Source: Obrimoposthia wandeli (lineage: Eukaryota). Taken from it: a stretch of DNA of 64,000 bases. A program made the translations under genes and the position numbers. Where the stretch lies: positions 62,001 through 126,000 of the forward strand of contig CDROCS010005585.1 in the NCBI GenBank assembly GCA_977020255.1. Reading direction: 5' to 3'. Positions within the stretch are counted from its first letter, which is position 1; the number at the start of each line of letters is the position of its first letter. Below are positions 1 to 9,756 of the stretch, piece by piece. The notes below the pieces were generated by a model that saw only the letters and a list, made by a program, of their open reading frames with translations, did no database searches and was not told the origin of the DNA.

Positions 1-38
1 ACCTAAACTTAAATTTTCTTTCTATTCAAATTGTTGTA

Positions 39-1067
39 ATGGAGAAGATATGGTTCAATCCAAAAGATCCAATTGGCTACACAAGAGTTTCAAAATTAGC
101 AAAAAGAACAAAACAAAATTACAAGAAAACGCAGAAATGGCTGAGCGACCAGTTAGCCTACAGTCTGAACAAGCCGATGAGAAGAAGGTTTCCAACTAGA
201 GCTTACAAAACCAGCAGTCCTAATAATTTATGGCAAATGGATTTGATGGAGATGATCCCATATTCTTCCATTAATAAGGGATATCGATATATTTTAACAT
301 GTATGGATGTATTTAGCAGGTTTGCTCGTGCAATTCCAGTTAAAGCAAAGTCTTCATTAGCTATGCTTGAAGCCATTAAAGAAATATTAAAATAGGACAT
401 TCCACAAAATGTGCAAACTGATTTAGGAAAAGAATTTTATAATAAGCAAGTTCAATCATTATTTAAACAAAATAATATAAATCATTACTCTGTGTTTTCA
501 CAATACAAAGCAGCAGTAGTAGAAAGATTTAATCGTACTCTAAGAGATCGAATAAAAACGTATTTCACAAAAGAAGGAAATAAAAAATAGATCCAAGTTT
601 TACCTAAAATAATACATGCATATAATCACTCTGAACATAGAGGTCTCAAGGGAATGAGACCTGTTGATGTTACTAATAAAAACTCTATGGACATTTGGAT
701 GAACAGGAATAAAAAAGTAAAAATTAAAAAAGCTAAATATAAGAAAAACGAATATGTTCGAATTTCGAAAATTAGCTCTACTCCATTTATTAAAAACTTT
801 AATCAGAATTGGAGCGATGAAATATTTTGTATAAGTAAAATTGATCAAAAGAGTAATCCAATAATGTATACTATTAAAGATGCTGACAATAATATCGTTC
901 ACGGTAAATTTTACGAGCAAGAACTACAAGTAATATCAAATAAACCTAGCGTTTTCCGTATTCAAAAAATATTAAAATCTAAGGGTGCCGGTAAACATAA
1001 ACAATACTTTGTTAAATGGCATGGTTATTCAGACCCAACTTGGATATCAGCATCTAATATAATATGA
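39..1067 (+). pseudogene. Retroviral-type (rve) integrase with C-terminal chromodomain-like region
   Basis: One reading frame with two in-frame TAG stops (393-395, 588-590). Catalytic motifs WQMD, VQTD and VERFNRTL; C-terminal QYFVKWHGYSDPTWI. Confidence 0.93.
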
Positions 1068-2123
1068 AGTCTATGTATATGGTTTTACCTAGTAACGGAT
1101 GTCCGAAGACTCAACCAGATATTTACGCTAGTAGCTTTATTATCGATTGGGAAAATCCTATAAATCTCCAAGGAGAATGGGAAGCGGCTTTAACCGAATT
1201 TTCTTTTTATTATTCTCCAATTACTATCAGAAAAAACTCACATGTTTCGTTTACAAAAGAAGTTGATCATGAAAAAACAACTAAAGTTGTGATCGGGTTT
1301 GATAGTAAAGGAAAATTCTTTTACAATTGTATAGATAAAGAAGTGAAAGTAATATATGAAAAAAACAAAGTCAGATTTAAAAATCGATCAAAACATTTTC
1401 AACCTATTCAAATTATATTCGAATCTGGAAAAGAAGCTCTTCAATTCGGTTTTTATAGTGGACATGTAGTAGGTATGAAGAGATCTGATATTGTCTCATC
1501 TAAAATGTTTAAAAATGTTCCTAGTAGAGTAGTAAGAGTGTTGTTAGTTGAAACGAGACCAAAGACTGTAGTGGAACTGAAAACATTTTCAAAAGATTAT
1601 AAAATAGATAGTGAAGTGAATTTCTGTAAATTAATACAGAAGGAATGTAGTGAATATTTGGATAAATGTGAAACATTAAATGGTAAATTAACGTTTACAG
1701 TAAAGAGCAATATAAAACGGGTTTCATTTGATGATAAACTCGCTAAAAACCTTGGTTTAAACAGAAATACCTTTGAAACCCATACAATAAAAACCATAAA
1801 AGCTAAAAATAAGGCAAAAACTTTTAAATACTGTTAATCATTTATATATTTATACTAATTTAATAGAACCAACGCTTGTAGGAGGACAGCAAGTTCCACT
1901 TTTGAGAACAATATGGATATCTAAAAATGAAACCAGAGATGGTGACGCTGTCGGTATGTGTATAGATCAACCAATGTATCTTCCAGTTGCTCTCTTTTCT
2001 ATAAACAATATTGAAGTAAATATTAGAGATGATTCCGGACAACTAATAGATTTCACGTACGGGGCCAAGACAATTTTAACAAGACATTTAAGAAAACAAA
2101 ATGGCGAATCCAGCTATAATTGA
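1064..2123 (+). pseudogene. Penton / minor capsid protein
   Basis: N-terminus MYMVLPSN...W(E)AALTEFSF and C-terminus YIYTNLIEPTLVGGQQVPLLR...IEVNIRDDSGQLIDF typical of Polinton/adintovirus pentons. The two halves are joined by a frameshift near 1825. ATGA overlap with the integrase stop. Confidence 0.8.
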
Positions 2124-2478
2124 AGCTTATAGTCAAAGCCAACAAGGTGGAGAATTACCATATTTTGTTGGCAAACAATATGGATCTGGCTGGCTTAGAA
2201 CATTAGGTAGATTTGCCTTTCCTCTTTTAAAGAGACTCGGGCGATTTATATCAAAATTAGGAAAGGATTACCTTTCATCTAAGTAAAATAAACTAATACC
2301 AACTTTTAAGAAGCATACGCTTGATGAACTTGATAATGTTTTACCTGAAGTTGCTAATTTGATTAGAAAACGTAAATCAAATAAAAGCCAAGGAGGTAGT
2401 AGATTTAAAAGTAAAAAGAAGCTAAAAATTAATATAAACAAACGTAAGAAAGTTGAAGGAACAATATTTGCAAAATGA
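2101..2478 (+). pseudogene. Small basic core/cement-like virion protein
   Basis: QQGGELPYFVGKQYGSGWLRTLGRFAFPLLK motif and Lys/Arg-rich tail. One in-frame TAA (2284-2286), after which the frame stays open to a TGA overlapping the hexon ATG. Contains xxGG / xGxG adenain-type cleavage-like sites. Confidence 0.65.
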
Positions 2479-3704
2479 GTTGCGCCAAAACAGAATTGTG
2501 TATTTTTGATAAACCACTCCCACAAGTAGTTGTAGATAATGCTTTCTTTGAAGAAATATTCCTAGTTAACTCAGTTTCAGGAACCACTTTAACCGATTTA
2601 GAATTTAATATTAATGGTTCAAATAGCGAGTATTTAGATTTGTATGATACTTTGCTTTATGTTCAAATAAAAGTATTAAATCGGGATGGTACTAATTTAG
2701 ATGAAAATGCCGATGTAACACCTGTAAATTATCTCTTTAATTCTTTATTTAATGATGCCATTGTTACTCTTAATAATGTCAAAATTGAAGGTGGAAATTC
2801 TTCCTATGCTCATAAAGCTTTGATTGAAAGTCTTTTGAATTATAGTACTGATACTCAAAATACTAATTTGGCAACCATTGGTTATGATAAAACTGTTGCA
2901 ACTCGCAAAGAATGGATTGCAGGTTCTAAAGCTTACGAAATGTGTGCTTCTTTGAGATTGAATTTCTTTGAACAACCGAAATATTTAATTCCCGGTGTTA
3001 ATGTACATCTTCGTTTGAAACGTAATAAATGGAATTTTTCTTTGATAAGCACGGACATTCTAAAACCTAGACTTGATATTTTGGATGCAAAATTGTATGT
3101 TCGAAGAGTTAAAACCGAGCAATCAGTTTTAATGGCACATAATATAGTAATGGAAAAAAACAACGCTTGTTATCCTATTAGAGAAACTAAACTTATATCT
3201 TATTCTTTAGGTACGGGTACACAAGCTTTTAATAAGGATCAAATTTTTGGTATTATAAGATTACCGAAATTCATTTTAATTTCTTTTCAAAAAACTGCAA
3301 AGTTTCTAGGAAATTATACGACAGATGCAACTCAATTTGACAATCTTAGTGTAGGTTCAGTGACACTTTCAAGAAATAGTGATTATCGCGAAACATATAA
3401 AACAAATTTCGAAGGTAACGCTTACGCTTTGGCTTATACCCAATCTATTATTCGGAATTTGGTTCAACTAGATAAAAATATAAACAATGGTATTTCTTTC
3501 ACTGACTTTAAAAACAGCTGCCCGTTCTTCACATTTGTTTTGGCACCAGACTTTGATATAAACCAATGTCAACTACCCAAGGATGGAAATTTACGACTAG
3601 AAATTAAGTTCAATGCAGCTTTAACACATCCTACTACGGTGCTTATTTACGGAGTATTTGATTCGGAAATAAAAATCAATAAAACCAGAACTGTCATATT
3701 ATAG
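2475..3704 (+). CDS. Hexon / major capsid protein (double jelly-roll type), intact 409 aa
   Basis: N-terminal KTELCIFDKPLPQ, NYLFNSLF, FFEQPKYLIPGV..LRLKRN and C-terminal GNLRLEIKF..AL motifs characteristic of adintovirus/Polinton MCP. Sits between the core gene and adenain. Confidence 0.9.
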   Translation: MSCAKTELCIFDKPLPQVVVDNAFFEEIFLVNSVSGTTLTDLEFNINGSNSEYLDLYDTLLYVQIKVLNRDGTNLDENADVTPVNYLFNSLFNDAIVTLNNVKIEGGNSSYAHKALIESLLNYSTDTQNTNLATIGYDKTVATRKEWIAGSKAYEMCASLRLNFFEQPKYLIPGVNVHLRLKRNKWNFSLISTDILKPRLDILDAKLYVRRVKTEQSVLMAHNIVMEKNNACYPIRETKLISYSLGTGTQAFNKDQIFGIIRLPKFILISFQKTAKFLGNYTTDATQFDNLSVGSVTLSRNSDYRETYKTNFEGNAYALAYTQSIIRNLVQLDKNINNGISFTDFKNSCPFFTFVLAPDFDINQCQLPKDGNLRLEIKFNAALTHPTTVLIYGVFDSEIKINKTRTVIL

Positions 3705-3705
3705 A

Positions 3706-4086
3706 ATGGAGTAAGACATATTTTAAATTTATATTTATTAATTTTTATTTAGTTCAAAACAAGTAAAAGAATCAGCAGAGAAGGTCCTGGGTGATAAATT
3801 CAATGGAGTTTATCCTATTGATATGATTCCATTTTTTCAATCTGGAGGTTACATTATCAATACTCATACTTCGAATTTACCAGAAGAACATTGGATAGCT
3901 ATTTATGTTAGAAAGTGGACAATACATGTATTTGATCCACTTGCAATGTATTATCCACACAAACTTGTTTCGACCATTCAAAAAGGACGAAGAAGAGTAT
4001 TTTACAACAAGATACAATATCAGGATCCTACGACGAGAAACTGTGGACATTTATGTATTTTATGGTTATCGTTGCAAAACGATTAG
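3706..4086 (+). CDS. Adenain-like cysteine protease; spliced join(3706..3710,3753..4086)
   Basis: IINTHTSNLPEEHWIAIY, HVFDPL and YQDPTTRNCG catalytic motifs. A 42-nt GTAAGA...TTTAG intron (3711-3752) gives the in-frame start MDSKQVKESAEKVLGDKFNGVYPID. Confidence 0.88.
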
Positions 4087-4349
4087 TGTGTTATAAAAAT
4101 AAATATTTTTAATGTTTTATTTTGAATTATTTTTTTAAATCTCTAAAAATATAAGGGTAAAATAATAAAAGACATAAGACAAATTTTTTTAATACATTTA
4201 TTAATCACAACATCACAATGAGATATGTCAGGAAAGATAAGGTCCAACCTAAAAAAGTATTGAAATAACAAAAAGTTAGAGTCAAGGTGCCATAGGGATC
4301 TAAAATTTTAAAAAACTAAACTAAAAAAATCAAATAAAATGAAAACCGT

Positions 4350-7300
4350 TTAAATTCTGAAGTGTCCATAAGCCAGGCTAGCGTTCTTTTCTACCCAAAA
4401 GCGCTTGTCGTCATTACTACTCAAAGCGATTTTGGTTGATTTATGGGAATACAGTTGATGGGCTCTTGAAATAAATCTAGTTTGCTCAACGCTTTCAATA
4501 CACCCAGTATCATAAACTTTCCGGTAGGCCTCATGTGTAAGATTGTTTCTTCCCACGCCCTTTGCTCTCATTGAACATGTATTATTAGATGCATGTAAAC
4601 TGTAGCATTTAGGGCGTAGGAAAATACAATCATCATACGAAACCTGTCCCTCGCTTTCATCCTTAAATTTCCCGATAATGTCCTTTAAACTCATAGAGTG
4701 TAGAGGATGGTTAGCGGGATATTTATGGGTATCTAGTAAGTTGTTCCTAAACATTGCTGGTAATAATTGATTATTTAAACTAACATTCCTACATTCTAAA
4801 AAGAAAGAATCAGTGTCACCTGCCGCGATTTTAATCTCACAATTAAATTCTTGTCGGTATTTCTCCAATTCTATGTATTGAAGCTCATACATTCTGAGTT
4901 TAGAAATGTCTAAAACCGTTTGACCTATATAACTCGGTCGATCGAGACAAATACTCTGTTTTCCTAATAACACTGCTACCAAGTCATCTGCAATTGTAAA
5001 ACTACGCTTGAAGATGTACTTGCTAGTATATGTTATTAGTTTACGCTCATCATTGCAAAACCGTAGCCAAATCTGTCATCAACTTATTCAACTGATCCAT
5101 ATCATAAACCCACTTAAAGTTGGCATGAGGTAGAGGTGAGTAAGCGCCCACCCATACAAATTATTAATATCGATGTACAGAATCTCCGTGGATTGATCTT
5201 TGACAACATGATGTTTGTTGACAAAAGTCATTCCACCGCGTATACCATAATCATACATTTGATACATCGCGGGATCTTGCAGTAACTCGATATTAATTTT
5301 AAGAGTTTTTATTGCTGTTGCCCATGAAAGACCATGTAAACTAAAGAAATGCATGGGATCTAGCCCATTTTCTGCTAAAGATTTTACACGAAAGGACTCA
5401 AAAATATCAGTTAAAAGTTTAATGTCTAACTTCATATAATAAAGCATATATTCTAAAAGATTTAGACAATTATTCGCCCAAAATGTACGGGCCTCATTAT
5501 AGTCTTGAAGACTTACACTTTCAAATTCAGTTATGGGTGGGATTTCAGTTGTATTTTCTAAATATGCAAAGGTTTTTGCAAATTTATACGGAAAAATCCC
5601 CTTATCGTTAACCGAAGCTGGGAACACTGACTGTGTGATTGGCCATGCATTTAAAGATGCCGTTAAATTTTTTAAAGACCACTCAAAAACTGTAGAGAAT
5701 CTATGAATCTTAAACTGCAGAATTCAGTATATGCAGTTAAAGATAAATATTTCTCTGAAGTTTGAGGTATACATGAAATTTCCCAAGAGCTTAATGTACC
5801 CAACGCGTATTTAAGTATATGATGCAAATCATATCCTTTGAGGTTATGAAACACGATGGGAATGCGTGGTTTTTTAGGGAGACGACGGCCAAGGTTACAA
5901 AGGTTGCACGCCGCTCCCAAGTATCGCCCCGTAACATGATCGTGATCTCTGACTAACTTAGACTGGGTTCCACACAAATAACATAATCTACAAGAATTAA
6001 AATTAACCCAGCCTATGCCTGTCATGATCATTGCTTGATGAGCATTGAGATCATACCACGGTTTGACAATTGTTGTTCCTAATTCCTCTAATTTTAACAT
6101 AAAATCTAAAATACAATTTGGACCGGAAAATTTATGATACTAGGTAATATTGGGGCCTAAGAATAGTAGTCCTGCCGAAGCCGGTAGGTGAATACTCTCA
6201 TACTGGTCGTGCAATGCTAAAATTGACTCAAAATCTGCATACACCCTGAATTCCACGGTTATGCATTTTGCCCAATCCCTGAATTTTAAATCCTTATCCT
6301 TAGGCATGGTGTATAATGTATTGTCATCAGGATTCAGTGAAGATAATGTCAGATGTTTGCTGTAAGAGAGCTCGGATCGGAACCCATGCAAACATCTATG
6401 ACACCACGTACACCTTATCCTAACCGGTAAGGCTCCATTATCTAAATTTAGAAAACGATCTAAATTGGGAATTGCAGCATAATGGAATTTTTTATTATGT
6501 TCGAGCAAAATTAAGTTGACCTGAGTCCCCTCATTTTTGCTCCTATAAATTACATCTACAAAATGATTTTTAAAAATTTCTTCATCTGTTACATTAACTG
6601 GGATATCAGTATTATATTTGAATACATTAATACTCAAGTTATTAAGATGTTCAAATCTTGATATCGCAGTTAATTTAACAGGAAAATCTATTCCATGATA
6701 CTGCAATTCATTTAAAAAAGGGGTATATTTACTGACACGCTCTCTATGCTCAGTAATTACATCTCTTTTGAGGATGGCCAACACGCTATACAGAAAGCAA
6801 AGGTTATCATTGTTTTGTACGTTAACAATGGAACGTGAAAGTTGAAGAGATCTAGGTGAAGGAATGTATGAACTCCCCGAAAGATATATTATGTCAGTGA
6901 ACTTTGTTAGAACAAAGCTAACATCGTGAATTCTAACTAGAGTCCATCCACTACTTAACTCGCTATAATTAGCAATTTTTTCATCCAGGTTTCTTCCAAT
7001 TTCAGTTACAAAATTATCATAAAAAACAGTTGCTTTATGTGAAATTACCCAAGTTTTAGTTTCCTCATTGACATTTTTAAACTGCACTGTTGCGCAAAAT
7101 TGAACCTTAGCCTGTCCTAATTTAGTCACTTCTGATTTTAAAAGATTTTCAATATTTGAATCTACACCTACGTTTAATAAAATTTCATTTCCTAATGGCA
7201 CCTTAACTATAACATATTTATTATTTAGGTGATACTCTATAGTAGCACCGTTTTCTCTACGTTTTTTGGGTGGGACCTTATTAAGAAATTGGCCTCGCCT

Positions 7301-8424
7301 CTTTCTTCCGTTTGTCGCTGACAAACCTCCCCTTAATTGAACGGGAAGACAACTATTTATATTAATAGTTGAGACAATCGCAGCTGAGGTTGAAGGAGCT
7401 ACTGTAGCAGGTGCTGCCGATGTTGAGGCAATTGCAGCTCGTGTTGTAGGTGAGGCAACTAATGTTGGTTTCGCAGATGATGCGCTTGTAGACGCAATGG
7501 TCACTCGATCATCAGTAGCTGATGTCATTGAAGCGACTGTTGTGGACGTCGATGATGCATGTGCTGAAATTAATATATTAAAAAATAAATATATTTTAAA
7601 AAATTACCTCTAAGGCGTGCTAACATCGATGTAGGCACTCGAGATGGGGAAGGGATAGCTGTCCTATCGGATGACGGCTGTATCATGGTACTTCCTGAAT
7701 AAAATAATATATATATATATATATATAATAAAAAATAAAATATATAATTACAATTTACAAAAATAAAAAATACCTAATGATGGCAATCCAAGTTGAGCTG
7801 GAATGTTGTCCTCTTCATTGACGAAATCCATCCAGCTGTCGTCCGTTGACTCGACGAAATCGGATTCCTTGATGGTCTCCAACCAGCTGTTGTCGCTCCA
7901 TTGCTCCTTCTCGAAATCTGACTAGGTGATATTTTGCATCCAGTCATTGTTTGAGAATTGGGTTGCTGGCGCCAACTCCGCGAAATCTTCTTCGGAGATG
8001 TCATTCATCCACTCATTGTTAGTCATTTGAGTGGATGAGGCAGCTGCAGAATCAGGAGACGGGAGAGAAGGACCATAAACTGGTAGACTGACTGCCACTG
8101 TAATTGGAGCAGGAGCGACCTGCGAATCACGCACCAATTGGACGATATCCCTCTTCTTGTTGTTGGCCGTGAAACACGATAGATGAGCTCGATGTTCACC
8201 GAAGAAGTCTCGAAACTCCTTCTCCTCCATTGTTCTGCAGAATGGGCAGACGAAGAAGTGAAGCCCGCGAGACTTTGTCCGATAGTAGGCGGACATTATC
8301 TCCATGCAGGTCTCTCCTCCATGCGGAGCCGAGGCACCACAATATGCTGGAAACAGGATACAAGTAATCTGAAATAATAAATATTAATAAGGAAATAATA
8401 AATATAGATTCTTATCATAGTCAT
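4350..8424 (-). pseudogene. polB: Protein-primed DNA polymerase B polyprotein (Zn-binding/acidic N-terminal extension, S/T/A linker, putative terminal-protein region, endonuclease VII, PolB); exons 8424-8416, 8368-7774, 7694-7608, 7563-4350
   Basis: Motifs YADFES, FHNLKGYDLH, FIDSLQFL, KGIFPY, YMKLDIKLL, IRGGM, YIDINNLYGWA, GDTDSF, LRPKCY, AKGV and DDKR. Endonuclease VII motif CYLC..DHDHVTGRYLGAACNLCNL. Lesions: TAG at 7922 and 6140, frameshifts near 5675 and 5140, and a deletion near 5070. Confidence 0.93.
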
Positions 8425-8464
8425 TATTTCAAATAGTCGGGGATTTAAATGAAGAAAGTGTTTG

Positions 8465-8507
8465 CTTATATACTAAAATTTATGCACACATGTTCTTTTC
8501 CTATTGG
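8465..8507 (-). promoter_or_regulatory. Putative Pol II promoter (CCAAT + TATATAA) of the polB transcript
   Basis: On the - strand, CCAAT (8507-8503) and TATATAA (8472-8466) lie ~40-80 nt upstream of the ATG at 8424. Both boxes are retained in copy 2 (~27107-27150). Confidence 0.55.
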
Positions 8508-8625
8508 ATTAAAAAAATTGAGAAGGATTGTTTATCTGTTAAATGGTCGAAAAAAATATTTTTTTATTCCTCCAATCAAAAGATTTAATTGTAATTGAAT
8601 GAAAATTATGAATTAGAAGAATTGT

Positions 8626-9113
8626 TTATCTACATGTCAAGTAATAATAAGAAAGACTTAAACATCTTTTATATGCGCAATGGTCACCATGATTACGACA
8701 TGGACAGCAAATATTTAGTGGAATTTTTAATAGATGATCACGTGAAATATTTAAAGTATTCAACCTCAATTTGAGAACATATTTTTTTAAAGTCATATAC
8801 TTTTTGCCATCCATTTCATCTAAAACATAAAAAATTCCATTTTCAATATCAAAATTAGATTTTATTGTATCGAAATACATATTTCACAAAAAGCCTTATG
8901 TCCTTCTTTCCATTTTAATAAATGAAAATAATTAGTTAGATATAAATTAGTAAATTTTTTCTTATAATCTAAACTTTTAAACGGTATATCTATTTGAAAT
9001 ATGAAATGCAATGGATGAAAAACGTCGCATACATCCATAATACATAATTCTTTTATAATATAATCCCCATTTTTGTTAATGAAAGCCTCAAAATCTATGA
9101 TATATTCCTGCAT
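8626..9113 (-). pseudogene. DnaQ/DEDD-like exonuclease with C-terminal Cys/His cluster (Maverick-type accessory gene)
   Basis: IIDFEAF...IIKELCI N-terminal motif, YLTNYFHLLKWKEG, and C-terminal CCPCRNHGDHCAYKRC. Two overlapping ORFs joined by a frameshift near 8880. Confidence 0.6.
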
Positions 9114-9227
9114 AATTATCTAAATTTGCAGCAAATCCTGTTGTTTATAACGAAGTACTTTCATGTTAAGATTGGTATATATTGTCAATTCTCCTATGTA
9201 ACATAATCAATAAAGACAAAATAATAA

Positions 9228-9554
9228 TCAAAAAATTTTTTTTGTCGAAGTACCCTCTTCCGGTTTAATCTGGAGGATTCTCTTTCTTGCTGCTCGCCGA
9301 ACATCCTCCACCTCTTCTCTTCTTTTTTCATCCACATTCCTTTTTTCCAATTCGATCTTCTTATTCCACTCCACGATTCGACGGCGTTCTGCTAGCCTCC
9401 TATCCTATATCTCCACCCGATGATTCCACTCTGTCGCGACAGCAGTATACAAATTTTGATTGAGGACCCTCTTTTTTAAGTCCCCTTTCTTCTCATTTAT
9501 TCTGATGTTTGCTTCAATCTTCGTTACCAGACTCTTTATTTTAATGAATTCCAT
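9228..9554 (-). pseudogene. Small charged, probably coiled-coil ORF (108 aa) with one in-frame TAG
   Basis: My translation: MEFIKIKSLVTKIEAN...RVEI*DRRLAERRRIVEWNKKIELEKRNVDEKRREEVEDVRRAARKR; stop at 9405-9407. TATA-like run upstream. Confidence 0.45.
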
Positions 9555-9756
9555 TTTTTAATTATGAAGAGGTTAATAAATTTGAACCTATATATATAAA
9601 TTTAAGATATTTTTTAATCCAATTAAATGATATATTTGTATTTATCAAATGAGAGTTTAATAAATCTATAACTAATCATTGCAAATAAACTTAAAGATAG
9701 TATTTCTAAATTTAAAATTAAAACAAAAAAAAATATTAAGAAGAAAACATATGAAA

